From: Nitrospira japonica
GTDB taxonomy: Bacteria > Nitrospirota > Thermodesulfovibrionia > UBA6902
Length of the DNA stretch: 64,000 bases
NCBI GenBank assembly: GCA_020723105.1
Contig: DYJL01000017.1
Location: 1,395-65,394, forward strand
Direction: 5' to 3'
The notes beneath the pieces were generated by a model, which was not told the DNA's origin, did not search any database, and saw only the letters and a program-made list of their open reading frames with translations. This document shows, piece by piece, positions 30,029 to 39,689 of the stretch (positions within the stretch are counted from its first letter, which is position 1; the number at the start of each line of letters is the position of its first letter). The position numbers and the translations under genes were made by a program.

Positions 30029-31183
30029 ATGAATCCCACTTTTATAAAAGTCCATTCAGAAATTCAAAGAGGCATGAAACTTTCAAAGTGCAGAAAATGC
30101 GGCTGCATGAGTGGAACTCTGAATAATCTAAAAGCCTCTCTTCCGTTATTGAAGATGAAAGATGCAGAGGAACTGCTGCAAAGCGTCAATCAATGGCTCC
30201 AACAGCTTGAACCTCAGGCATATCCCTGTTTTGGATGCAAATACTGTATTCCGCCTGAAGCCATGACTGTATTGACAACAAAATACCCCTCTCTGGCATC
30301 TTCCACGCTGTCAAGCTGTGAAATAAAAATAAGCGACAACTCATGGCCCCCTGTTGAAGGTGAATACACGGTGCTGAACGCATCGGCGCCTGTTGCTGTT
30401 TCCACGCTTGCAAGTATTAACCTTGAAGAGAAATTATCAAAACTCAAACCAGCCGGCCTTTGTATTGTCGGCAAGACAGAGACTGAAAATATCGGCATTG
30501 ATAAAATCGTAAAAAATATCATCTCAAATCCTGCCATAAATTTTTTAATAGTAACAGGAAAAGATACAGAAGGACATCAAAGCGGAAAAACACTTTTAGC
30601 ACTCTGGGAAAACGGCATTGATAAAGATATGCGTGTAATCGGTTCTAAAGGCAGGCGTCCTATTCTAAAAAACGTAACACCTTTGGATGTAAATACATTC
30701 CGCAAGCAAATCCAGATCAAAGACCTGATTGGCTGTGAAAATACAAAAACAATAACAAACGCAATAGATGAGCTTTCAAAAAAAGCAGTTTCGGCAAAAA
30801 CCGTATCAAGTTGCGTGTGCAGTTGTGAATGTAACGAACCACAAACCAAGAAAACAACAATTTCGCTGCCTCTTGCAAAACCTGCCCTATCTATTCCAAA
30901 GATTACAGTAAAAAAATATGGCAAGTCTGTAAAGCTGGATCCATCTGGTTATTTTGTAATTATCCCATCAAAGAAAAACGGAAATATCCTTGTTGAGCAT
31001 TATTCATATAACAACAAACTGCTAAGAAAAATAGAAGGCGCCAACAGCCGGGATATCTACTTTACAATTGTTAACAATAACTGGGTGACTGAGTTAAGCC
31101 ATGCTGCATATCTGGGAAAAGAACTTGCAAGGGCCGAGATGTCTCTAAAGAAGGGCTTCAAGTACGTACAGGATGGAGCATAA
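30029..31183 (+). CDS. MtrA-like corrinoid-binding domain plus DUF4346 fusion, with Cys-rich N-terminus and linker
   Basis: WPPVEGEY..PVAVSTLAS..GKTETENIGIDKIVKNIISNPAINFLIVTGKDTEGHQSGKTLLALWENG resembles MtrA; LDPSGYFVI..HAAYLGKELARAE..YVQD resembles DUF4346; CRKCGC, CFGCKYC, CVCSCEC. Confidence 0.8.
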   Translation: MNPTFIKVHSEIQRGMKLSKCRKCGCMSGTLNNLKASLPLLKMKDAEELLQSVNQWLQQLEPQAYPCFGCKYCIPPEAMTVLTTKYPSLASSTLSSCEIKISDNSWPPVEGEYTVLNASAPVAVSTLASINLEEKLSKLKPAGLCIVGKTETENIGIDKIVKNIISNPAINFLIVTGKDTEGHQSGKTLLALWENGIDKDMRVIGSKGRRPILKNVTPLDVNTFRKQIQIKDLIGCENTKTITNAIDELSKKAVSAKTVSSCVCSCECNEPQTKKTTISLPLAKPALSIPKITVKKYGKSVKLDPSGYFVIIPSKKNGNILVEHYSYNNKLLRKIEGANSRDIYFTIVNNNWVTELSHAAYLGKELARAEMSLKKGFKYVQDGA

Positions 31184-31248
31184 ATAAAACTCGAAACATG
31201 TAGTCCGGAATGCGAATTTCGATATTCGCATTTCGATATTATTTTCTT

Positions 31249-32022
31249 ATGGGTAAAATAACTGCCGTAGCCAATCAAAAAGGTGGCGTCGGAAAAACAA
31301 CAACAGCTATCAATATATCAGCCTCTCTGGCTGCCGCTGAAAAAAATGTTCTGCTTATAGACACTGATCCTCAGGGAAACTCAACCAGCGGAATTGGTTT
31401 GGATAAAGACTCTCTCGAAGGAAGTCTTTACGATTTATATACCGAATCAAAAACCTTAGATGAGGTTATCAGACAAACAAACCTCCCTTTCCTCAGCATT
31501 ATTCCATCAAATATAGAACTGATTGGAGCGGAGCTTGAGCTCACTGGTAAAGACAACAGAGAGCTGATACTTAAGAATGCTATAGAACCAATTAAACACC
31601 GCTATGATTACATTTTCATAGACTGCCCTCCCTCTCTAAGCCTTCTGACACTCAATGCACTCGTTGCTGCTGATAGTCTGCTTATTCCCATGCAGTGCGA
31701 ATATTACGCTCTCGAAGGAATCAGCATGCTGCTTAGAACTTTCAATCTCATCAAAAATTCCTTCAATCCTTCACTTGAAATCGAAGGGATTCTGCTCACT
31801 ATGTTTGACGGCAGGAATACACTTGCCAATCAGGTTTCTGATGAATTAAAAAAACACTTTGGCGATAAGGTCTATAAAACACTTATCCCCCGGAATATAA
31901 CACTGGCTGAAGCTCCAAGTCATGGGAAACCTGTTATACTGTATGACAGCCGCTCAAAAGGCGCCCAGAGTTACCTCGATCTTGCAAAGGAGATAATGGA
32001 AAATGAAGCCCGCATTGGGTAA
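31249..32022 (+). CDS. parA: Chromosome partitioning ATPase ParA/Soj
   Basis: ANQKGGVGKTTT, DTDPQGN, IDCPPSL, QCEYYALEG, LAEAPSHG. Confidence 0.96.
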   Translation: MGKITAVANQKGGVGKTTTAINISASLAAAEKNVLLIDTDPQGNSTSGIGLDKDSLEGSLYDLYTESKTLDEVIRQTNLPFLSIIPSNIELIGAELELTGKDNRELILKNAIEPIKHRYDYIFIDCPPSLSLLTLNALVAADSLLIPMQCEYYALEGISMLLRTFNLIKNSFNPSLEIEGILLTMFDGRNTLANQVSDELKKHFGDKVYKTLIPRNITLAEAPSHGKPVILYDSRSKGAQSYLDLAKEIMENEARIG

Positions 32023-32851
32023 GGGTCTTTCTGCCCTGATACCAGAAAAAGAAAAAGTGAAGTCCCATGAGATACTCGAATTGAATATCAATTCAATCAT
32101 ACCTAATGAATACCAGCCCAGAAGAACCTTTGATGACAAGGCCTTAAGTGACCTTGTTGACTCAATTAAAGAAAAAGGCATTATCCAGCCTGTTATCGTA
32201 AGGAAAACATCAAGCAATTCATATCAGCTCATTGCCGGTGAGAGAAGATGGAGAGCTGCAAAGATTGCCGGACTTATTGGCATTCCGGCAATTGTTAAAG
32301 AAGCAGCTCCTGAAGAAGCCCTTGAACTTGCGCTTATCGAAAATATTCAGAGAGAAGACCTGAATCCTGTTGAAACAGCAGAGGCCTTCCAGAAGCTGAT
32401 AAATGAATTTAAACTTACACATGATGACATTTCTAAAAAAGTCGGAAAAGACCGGGCCACAGTAACAAATTATCTAAGAATACTTAAGCTCCCCTTTGAG
32501 ATAAAAAAGTGGATTGCTGAAGGCTCCTTAAGCATGGGACATGCCAAGGCGCTGCTTCAGGTTGAAAACCAGAGACTTCAGACAGAAATAGCAGGCAAAG
32601 TAATCAAATATGCACTGAGTGTCAGAGAGACAGAAGCTCTATGTAAAAAAGGTTTTATGCCGCAACCCCACCCTTCTGCCACCAGTAAATCAAAAGACCC
32701 TCAGATCGCCTCTCTTGAAGAAAAAATGATGCACAGGCTTGGAACAAAGGTCCGTTTAATCCACAAATCCAACAAAAAAGGCGGCAGGATAGAAATAGAA
32801 TACTACTCTCTTGAAGAACTGGACCGGCTGCTGGAAATATTGACAAGCTGA
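32003..32851 (+). CDS. parB: Chromosome partitioning protein ParB
   Basis: ALGKGLSALI, YQPRRTF, LIAGERRWRAA, ENIQREDLN, HTH. Confidence 0.96.
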   Translation: MKPALGKGLSALIPEKEKVKSHEILELNINSIIPNEYQPRRTFDDKALSDLVDSIKEKGIIQPVIVRKTSSNSYQLIAGERRWRAAKIAGLIGIPAIVKEAAPEEALELALIENIQREDLNPVETAEAFQKLINEFKLTHDDISKKVGKDRATVTNYLRILKLPFEIKKWIAEGSLSMGHAKALLQVENQRLQTEIAGKVIKYALSVRETEALCKKGFMPQPHPSATSKSKDPQIASLEEKMMHRLGTKVRLIHKSNKKGGRIEIEYYSLEELDRLLEILTS

Positions 32852-32870
32852 TGTATTTCCAAGCTCTTGT

Positions 32871-33098
32871 TTATGTTTTGGTTCTTCTTACTAAAACAAC
32901 TTCCTGTGCCTGAAACCCGTCTCCATCTTCTACCACTGTAAATTCTACAGGATCTCCTTCTTCCAGTGTGCATTTGCTGCCCTCACAGACAACAGCGCTG
33001 TAATGAACATATATTTCATCTCCCTGCTTGCGGGCTATAAAACCGTAGCCTTCTATATTGTCATACCATCTGACAATTCCGATTTCACGCTTTGGCAT
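32871..33098 (-). CDS. Cold-shock domain protein
   Basis: GIVRWYDNIEGYGFI (RNP1), IYVHYSAV (RNP2). Confidence 0.88.
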   Translation of the reverse strand: MPKREIGIVRWYDNIEGYGFIARKQGDEIYVHYSAVVCEGSKCTLEEGDPVEFTVVEDGDGFQAQEVVLVRRTKT

Positions 33099-33150
33099 AT
33101 TTCCCTACTTACTTAATTTAAAAATATAACATCAGCCACTTACCTTATGA

Positions 33151-33178
33151 TATTCGGCACAAAAGCTATTTTTCTTTA
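33151..33178 (-). promoter_or_regulatory. Sigma28-type promoter
   Basis: Minus strand TAAAG-aaaaatagcttttgt-GCCGAATA. Confidence 0.65.
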
Positions 33179-33266
33179 TAGCAGGTAATAAAAGCAGGTT
33201 TTAGAAATGGTACAACTATCTGTTTGCAGGAAGCTGTCAGAGGTTATACAAATTTGTGCTTTGCAG

Positions 33267-33761
33267 TTATGACTTCTCAACATTCCTGGCTTTTTTTAGT
33301 ACTTCAGATGCCATTTTTTTCCTATAGTCTTTGAGAGCGCTTGCAATAATAGGGTCTTTTACGCCTAAAATCTGTGCTGCAAAAATTGCAGAATTTTTTG
33401 CGCCGGCCTTGCCTATGGCCATTGCTGCAACCGGAACGCCAGGAGGCATCTGGACTGTTGAGTAGAGGGCATCAACACCTTTAAGGGGAGATGAATCAAT
33501 CGGCACCCCAATTACGGGAAGGATCGTGTGAGAAGCTATTACTCCAGCAAGATGTGCAGCGGCTCCGGCGCCTGCAATAATAACTTCAACACCATTTTTC
33601 TCAGCATTTTTTATAAGCTTAAAAGTTCGTTCGGGAGTCCTGTGAGCTGATGAGACAGTAATCTCATAAGATATATTAAACTGTTCAAGAATTTTTCCTG
33701 CCTCCTCCATTACCGGAAAATCAGAATCACTGCCCATTACTATTAAAACTTTCGGTTTCAT
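33267..33761 (-). CDS. purE: N5-carboxyaminoimidazole ribonucleotide mutase
   Basis: MGSDSD, SAHRTP, AAHLAG, VQMPPGVPVA. Confidence 0.97.
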   Translation of the reverse strand: MKPKVLIVMGSDSDFPVMEEAGKILEQFNISYEITVSSAHRTPERTFKLIKNAEKNGVEVIIAGAGAAAHLAGVIASHTILPVIGVPIDSSPLKGVDALYSTVQMPPGVPVAAMAIGKAGAKNSAIFAAQILGVKDPIIASALKDYRKKMASEVLKKARNVEKS

Positions 33762-33777
33762 AATATCTCCTGACTTT

Positions 33778-33858
33778 TAGTAGTTAGTTGGTAGTTAGGG
33801 GAAAAGAAAAAATATGGAAGATGTCCCTTAACTACTAACTACTGATTCCTTAGCTACT
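33778..33858. repeat. Inverted pair of degenerate heptamer arrays
   Basis: tagtagttagttggtagttagggg ... cccttaactactaactactgattccttagctact. Confidence 0.65.
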
Positions 33859-35128
33859 GTCTCTTGATTGCTTTATCTGCAATATCCGTCCTGTAATGCA
33901 TTCCATCAAAATGGATTTTCTCAAGGGCTTTATAGGCATTTCCCTTTGCTGTCTGAATGTCCTTGCCGAGTGCAGTTACACCCAGCACCCTTCCGCCAGA
34001 GGTGACGATCTTCCCTTTATTAAGACTTGTGCCTGCGTGAAAGACCATTATATTTCGTTTACCTTTGAGTTCATCAAGCCCTTCTATAATTTTGCCCTTT
34101 TCATACGTCCCGGGATATCCCTTTGATGAAACAACTACACACACAGCAGTATCTTCTTTCCATATAACCTGAACCTCGCTGAGCCTGCCTTCTGCTGTTG
34201 CTTTCAACATATCAAACAAATCGCTGTCGAGTCTCATTAAAATTGGCTGGGTCTCAGGATCGCCAAAGCGGCAATTAAACTCAAGTACATAAGGTTTCCC
34301 GTCAACAATCATCAACCCGGCATAAATTACACCCCTGTAATTCATTCTCTCCCTTTTAAGCCCCTTCATCATAGGATCAATAACAGTCTTCATAATCTTT
34401 GAATATAAATTTTTATCTATTACCGGGGCCGGACTGTAAGCGCCCATACCACCAGTGTTAGGCCCTTTATCTCCATCAAAAATTTTTTTATGATCCTGTG
34501 ACGTAGCAAGAGGGACAACAGTTTTGCCGTCAGTCAAAATCATAAAAGAGGCCTCTTCTCCTTTTAAACATTGCTCAACCACAACCTTGCTGCCGGCATC
34601 ACCAAATGCCTTTTCCTTCATTATCAACCTGAGGGCATCTATAGCCTCATCAGCAGTTTCACATACAAATACGCCCTTGCCTGCTGCAAGACCGTCTGCC
34701 TTTATCACAACAGGCACCCCTTTGAGTCTGATATATTCTTCTGCATGAAGACAGGATGTAAATGTCTTGTATTCAGCAGTGGGCAGGCCATATTTACGCA
34801 TAAAATTTTTTGCAAATACCTTGCTGCCCTCAAGCCTTGCTCCTGATTTGTCCGGGCCGAAAATCCTGCGTTCTGCTTTTAGAAATGAATCAACAATTCC
34901 TGCAGTAAGCGGGGCCTCGGGGCCAACAACTGTCAAATCAATACCCTCGTATTTTGCAAAGTTTAACAATGCATCTATATCGTCTGCCTTTATATCAAGG
35001 CATTCTGCAAGTTCCACTATGCCGGTATTGCCTGGAGCACAGAATACCTTATCAACCCTTGAACTCTGCCTGAGCTTCCACACAAGGGCATGTTCCCTGC
35101 CGCCACTACCTATTACAAGAACTTTCAT
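33854..35128 (-). CDS. purD: Phosphoribosylamine--glycine ligase
   Basis: GSGGREHAL, KADGLAAGKGV, GPNTGGMGAYSP, EFNCRFGDPE. Confidence 0.98.
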   Translation of the reverse strand: MKVLVIGSGGREHALVWKLRQSSRVDKVFCAPGNTGIVELAECLDIKADDIDALLNFAKYEGIDLTVVGPEAPLTAGIVDSFLKAERRIFGPDKSGARLEGSKVFAKNFMRKYGLPTAEYKTFTSCLHAEEYIRLKGVPVVIKADGLAAGKGVFVCETADEAIDALRLIMKEKAFGDAGSKVVVEQCLKGEEASFMILTDGKTVVPLATSQDHKKIFDGDKGPNTGGMGAYSPAPVIDKNLYSKIMKTVIDPMMKGLKRERMNYRGVIYAGLMIVDGKPYVLEFNCRFGDPETQPILMRLDSDLFDMLKATAEGRLSEVQVIWKEDTAVCVVVSSKGYPGTYEKGKIIEGLDELKGKRNIMVFHAGTSLNKGKIVTSGGRVLGVTALGKDIQTAKGNAYKALEKIHFDGMHYRTDIADKAIKRQ

Positions 35129-35138
35129 GATTTTCTCC

Positions 35139-35220
35139 AGGGTTCAAGGAAGTAAGGGGTAGGGTGCAGGTAGAAAACCATTTTATCCTACACCCTTCTC
35201 CCTCAATCCCTACACCCTTT
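35139..35220. repeat. Inverted pair of degenerate heptamer arrays
   Basis: agggttcaaggaagtaaggggtagggtgcaggtag ... tcctacacccttctccctcaatccctacaccc. Confidence 0.6.
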
Positions 35221-35223
35221 CTT

Positions 35224-36771
35224 TTAATGTTTAAAGTGCCGCATTCCGGTAAATACCATAGCCATATTATGTTCATCGGCTGCAGCAATTACATCGTTAT
35301 CTTTAATCGAGCCGCCAGGCTGAATAACTGCAGTTACGCCCATAATTGCGATATAGTCTATGCCGTCCCTGTTGGGAAAAAATGCATCTGAGCCGACAAC
35401 CGAACCTTTCAGCGAGTTAAGCGACTTCATGGCGCCGAGCTTTGCTGAATCTATCCTGCTTGTCTGTCCCACGCCGATACCGAGCGCCCGGTCCTTTGTG
35501 GTATAAACGATTGCATTTGATTTCATGTGTTTGCATACCTTCCATGCAAAAGAAAGCGCAGCATACTCATCATTGCTCGGCTTTCTCCTGGTAACAACCT
35601 TCAAAGATCTGACGTCATCAATCATTCCCGTATCTCTCTCCTGAACAAGGAGCCCGCCCTGAACTTTTCTTATTTCAAACCCCGCAGGGGCCTTTGCCAA
35701 ATCCAGTTCAAGCAGCCTTATATTAGGTTTGCCGCTTAAGAGCTTCAAAGCCTCTGCATCAAAAGCCGGCGCAATGATGATTTCAACAAAAAGCTTAAGT
35801 ATCTCATTTGCGGTCGCTGCATTGACAGCCCTGTTTAACGCAATAACTCCTCCGAAAGCAGACAACGGATCAATTTCATAAGCCTTCACATACGCTTCTT
35901 CAATTTTATCCGCCACTGCAACTCCGCAGGGATTGTTATGCTTGATAATAATTGCGGCCGGTTCAGTAAACTCTCTCACCAAATCAATTGCCGCGCTTGA
36001 GTCAAGATAATTGTTATATGACATCTCCTTGCCCTGCAAGATCTTTGCGCCGACAAGGGAAAGCCCGTTATAAAGAGGCTCTTTATATATGGCCGCCTTC
36101 TGATGAGGGTTTTCACCATACCGCAGCTCATTTATCTTCGAAAAGCTCTGATTGAAATACTGCGGCAGCAGTTCCGCAGCTTTATCGTATCTCGCAAGAT
36201 AATTGGAGATCAGCGTATCGTATCTTGCGGTGTGCGTAAAAACCTTTCGTGCAAGATAGAATTTTGTATCGCGGCTTGCGGTACCACCGGTTTTCAATTC
36301 ATCAAGAATTTTTGAATAATCATCAGGGTCTACAATAACAATCACGTCCTTGAAATTTTTTGAAGCCGCCCTCAGCATGGTAGGTCCCCCAATGTCAATA
36401 TTTTCAATAGCCTCTTCAAAGGTTACATCAGATTTTGAAACCGTTTGTTCAAACGGATAAAGATTCACTACAACCATGTCTATAGGTTTGATATCATACT
36501 TTTTAATGTCTTCCTGGTCCTTTCCATGGTCCCGTCTTGAAAGCAGCCCTCCGTAAATCTTTGAATGCAGGGTCTTAAGCCTGCCGTCAAGCATTTCAGG
36601 AAAACCCGTGTAATCGGAAACCTCGATAACAGAAAGGCCGGCATCGCGCAGCGCTTTTGCAGTGCCTCCGGTTGAAAGAATTTCAATTCCGAGACTGGTT
36701 AACTCCTTTGCAAACTCCACTATCCCTGTCTTGTCAGATACACTTATCAGCGCTCTTTGAACCTTTGCCAT
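35224..36771 (-). CDS. purH: Bifunctional AICAR transformylase/IMP cyclohydrolase
   Basis: [43 protein letters not shown]. Confidence 0.98.
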   Translation of the reverse strand: MAKVQRALISVSDKTGIVEFAKELTSLGIEILSTGGTAKALRDAGLSVIEVSDYTGFPEMLDGRLKTLHSKIYGGLLSRRDHGKDQEDIKKYDIKPIDMVVVNLYPFEQTVSKSDVTFEEAIENIDIGGPTMLRAASKNFKDVIVIVDPDDYSKILDELKTGGTASRDTKFYLARKVFTHTARYDTLISNYLARYDKAAELLPQYFNQSFSKINELRYGENPHQKAAIYKEPLYNGLSLVGAKILQGKEMSYNNYLDSSAAIDLVREFTEPAAIIIKHNNPCGVAVADKIEEAYVKAYEIDPLSAFGGVIALNRAVNAATANEILKLFVEIIIAPAFDAEALKLLSGKPNIRLLELDLAKAPAGFEIRKVQGGLLVQERDTGMIDDVRSLKVVTRRKPSNDEYAALSFAWKVCKHMKSNAIVYTTKDRALGIGVGQTSRIDSAKLGAMKSLNSLKGSVVGSDAFFPNRDGIDYIAIMGVTAVIQPGGSIKDNDVIAAADEHNMAMVFTGMRHFKH

Positions 36772-36798
36772 TTTACCTCCAGTTATAAATCCTGAATT

Positions 36799-37491
36799 TT
36801 ATACATACCCTTTTTCCATTATGCTTACATAGTTGCCATCTGCAACGACTACATGATCCAACACATTAATGCCTATTATTCTGCCTGTCTCAACAAGCCT
36901 TTTAGTAATATCTATATCGTCTTTGCTTGGGTTTGGATCCCCGCTTGGGTGATTATGTACAAACAGAACAGAGGCAGCCGCTTCCTTTATAGCGTACCGA
37001 AATACCTCCCTGGGATGCACAAGAGAAGATGTAAGGGTGCCGTCTGAAACAGTGGTTTCCTTAAATACCCGGTTCTTTACATCAAGCAGTGCGCAAAGAA
37101 ACTTCTCCTTTTTTAAACCGTAAAATCTGGGCCTGTAGTATTCATATACTTCCCGGCTGTTCCTAAAATACGGAATCGTTCCTTCTCCGCCCGCTTCATT
37201 CTGTAACAGCCTTCTTCCAAGCTCAAATGAGGCTTTTAACTGAGCAATCTTGGCAGGGCCCATGCCTTTAAATTTAGCCAATTCATCAGGAGCTGCATCC
37301 TCCATCTCCTTGAGATCTTTAAAATTCAAAAGTATCTCCCTTCCTAATTCCAGAGCGCTCTTGTTTTTATCGCCGGTCTTTAATATTATCGCCAGCAACT
37401 GAGCTGTGCTCAAACCATAAGCGCCAAATCTCAGAAGCCTCTCACGCGGTCTTTCATCCTCAGGCCATTGCTTGATGCTTTTATATTCCAT
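36799..37491 (-). CDS. radC: RadC/UPF0758 JAB-domain protein
   Basis: WPEDERPRERL, VHPREVF, HNHPSGDPNPSKDD, LDHVVV; start trimmed to MEYKSIK. Confidence 0.93.
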   Translation of the reverse strand: MEYKSIKQWPEDERPRERLLRFGAYGLSTAQLLAIILKTGDKNKSALELGREILLNFKDLKEMEDAAPDELAKFKGMGPAKIAQLKASFELGRRLLQNEAGGEGTIPYFRNSREVYEYYRPRFYGLKKEKFLCALLDVKNRVFKETTVSDGTLTSSLVHPREVFRYAIKEAAASVLFVHNHPSGDPNPSKDDIDITKRLVETGRIIGINVLDHVVVADGNYVSIMEKGYV

Positions 37492-37503
37492 ATCCCCGTT
37501 AAA

Positions 37504-37531
37504 GAATACAGGATTCGGGATACAGGATGCA
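37504..37531. repeat. Degenerate heptamer array
   Basis: GAATACA GGATTCG GGATACA GGATGCA between rph and radC. Confidence 0.6.
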
Positions 37532-37534
37532 ATA

Positions 37535-38254
37535 TTAACTTTCTCCAAGCGCAGCCTTCTGAACAGCAATAATTTTCTTTATCCCGGCCTCTGCAAGATC
37601 GAGCATGCTCTGCAGCCGCATCCTGTCAAACGGCTCTGTTTCTGCAGTGCCCTGAACTTCTATGAATTTTCCTGAACCCGTCATAACAATATTCATATCA
37701 ACCTCTGCTGTTGAATCCTCAAGATAAGAAAGGTCCAGTCTCGGCGCTCCCTCAACCATGCCGACACTTACAGCAGCAACATAATCCCTCAGGACCTGTT
37801 TTTCGATGATCCTGTTTTCCAGAGCATATCTCAGGGCCAGTTTCAGCGCTACAAAGGCGCCAGTTATCGCAGCAGTCCTGGTCCCGCCATCGGCCTGAAT
37901 AACGTCACAATCAAGCCATATCGTTCTTTCTCCCAGCGCCTTAAGGTCTACAACAGAGCGCATGGCCCTGCCGATAAGCCTTTGTATTTCGTGAGTCCTG
38001 CCGCCAATCTTTCCGCTTGACGCTTCCCTTATTGTTCTGATAGGCGTGGCCCTCGGAAGCATTGAATATTCAGCCGTGATCCACCCCCGGCCCTGATCTT
38101 TCAGAAAAAGAGGCACCTTATTCTCAATGGAAGCTGTGCATATTACTCTTGTATCTCCCATTTCTATCAACACGGCGCCTTCAGCAGTATTTAAAAACCT
38201 GTTTATAATATTAATTTTTCGCAACTCATCTGTACTTCTTCCATCAGGCCGCAT
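37535..38254 (-). CDS. rph: Ribonuclease PH
   Basis: [45 protein letters not shown]. Confidence 0.97.
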   Translation of the reverse strand: MRPDGRSTDELRKINIINRFLNTAEGAVLIEMGDTRVICTASIENKVPLFLKDQGRGWITAEYSMLPRATPIRTIREASSGKIGGRTHEIQRLIGRAMRSVVDLKALGERTIWLDCDVIQADGGTRTAAITGAFVALKLALRYALENRIIEKQVLRDYVAAVSVGMVEGAPRLDLSYLEDSTAEVDMNIVMTGSGKFIEVQGTAETEPFDRMRLQSMLDLAEAGIKKIIAVQKAALGES

Positions 38255-38257
38255 CCG

Positions 38258-39142
38258 TTATCCTCCGTTATATATTTTTTCTATATGTTCAATCTTTTGA
38301 TCCAGAAACCGCTCTCCGACCTTTATAAACCTTCCTGGCGCATCTGTCACGTAAAATTTCCACAATGGTTGTGAAAGAGAAGCGCCTTCCATGCCGTATT
38401 GAATCAGTGCACTCTTCACCTCAAGGACTGTTTCATGAGCAGAATCTATCAGCTCTATTTCATCACCCATAATCTGGGAAATGACTCCTTTTAATAAAGG
38501 ATAATGTGTGCAGCCGAGAACGAGTGTGTCAATGGGTTCTTTTTTCAGCCCTTCAAGGTAATGTCTCGCAGTAAGAACGGCAACATCATTAGAAGCCCAG
38601 CCTTCCTCAGCAAGCGGCACAAAAAGCGGACACGCCTTTGTAAAAATAGTGATGTCTTCAAGAAGGACCTCGAAGTATCTGTCAAAATGTATGGCCCCAT
38701 GCTCTTTAATGACAATGGGTTTGTTGCCATACAGGGCGTTTATTGCGTTTACATAAGAGTTGCTTTTTATTGTTCCCTCAGTGCCTATAATGCCGATCTT
38801 TCCTGATCTTGTCGCCTGCATTGCTTTTCTTGCGCCGGGCTCAATGACTCCTATCACGGGTATGTCGAACCTTTCCTTGATGGCAGACAGGGCCAGGGCT
38901 GAGGCGGTATTGCAGGCAACAACTAAAAGCTTTATCCCCTTTTTAACGAGGAAGTCAACCATTTCCAGAGAATACCTCGTCACTGTCTCTGCCGACCTTA
39001 TCCCATAGGGGACCCGGGCCGTGTCGCCAAGATAGAGCACATTCTCTCCGGGCAATTGACGCATTACTTCTTTCATGACAGTCAACCCACCAACGCCTGA
39101 ATCAAAAACCCCAAGGGGCCTGTTGTCAGATGTCTTCTGCAA
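38258..39142 (-). CDS. murI: Glutamate racemase
   Basis: FDSGVGGLTV, GDTARVPYG, VACNTAS, LGCTHYP. Confidence 0.96.
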   Translation of the reverse strand: MQKTSDNRPLGVFDSGVGGLTVMKEVMRQLPGENVLYLGDTARVPYGIRSAETVTRYSLEMVDFLVKKGIKLLVVACNTASALALSAIKERFDIPVIGVIEPGARKAMQATRSGKIGIIGTEGTIKSNSYVNAINALYGNKPIVIKEHGAIHFDRYFEVLLEDITIFTKACPLFVPLAEEGWASNDVAVLTARHYLEGLKKEPIDTLVLGCTHYPLLKGVISQIMGDEIELIDSAHETVLEVKSALIQYGMEGASLSQPLWKFYVTDAPGRFIKVGERFLDQKIEHIEKIYNGG

Positions 39143-39689
39143 TTTCTTTCCCTATTGGTTTTGAAATATCAATATGTCCGCCAAAAGTATCAGTCTCATG
39201 GCCTTCTATTAAAATCTTCAGGGCTGTAAGGCCGGGAACCACCGGCTCAATGCTTTTATATAATCCGGCAATAATATTCAACTCCTCAGAGGCATCACCT
39301 CTGAAATTTTTCTTGAGCTCACCGCTAAGATCAATATACATTATGCCTTCCCTGTCCATATATAAATCCAGAAGCCTCACCTCGTAAGTCTTCATGTATT
39401 TTCTTATTGAGTCCTCTGCTGCGGCAAGCAGTGAACTTTCTGCAGCCTCTGTTTCATCACTATCTTTTGAAACAGTGTCTTTTAACTCATACAGCCTGCG
39501 GGTATCTTCCTTTTGCTCTTTGCTCCCTGGTTTAGACGGCCTTGAGGCAATTTCCTCAATAAAAGCAGAATCAAATTCAAACTTGCCTTTTAAGTAGAAA
39601 TAACTTATACCCAGACTGACAGCAAAAGTTGCAATCAATACGAAGATAAAAACCCCGTCTGCTTTGTTACTTCGCTTCACTCTCCTCAT
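39126..39689 (-). CDS. Membrane-anchored GerMN-like domain protein
   Basis: One TM; ..YIDLS..ILIEG..TFGGHIDISKP; sits next to murI and rph. Confidence 0.65.
   Translation of the reverse strand: MRRVKRSNKADGVFIFVLIATFAVSLGISYFYLKGKFEFDSAFIEEIASRPSKPGSKEQKEDTRRLYELKDTVSKDSDETEAAESSLLAAAEDSIRKYMKTYEVRLLDLYMDREGIMYIDLSGELKKNFRGDASEELNIIAGLYKSIEPVVPGLTALKILIEGHETDTFGGHIDISKPIGKEIAEDI

Noticed and set aside
29800-31183. tRNA-anchored genomic island carrying the MtrA-like gene
   Set aside because: The gene is on the tRNA 5' side, and I see no integrase or duplicated tRNA 3' end.
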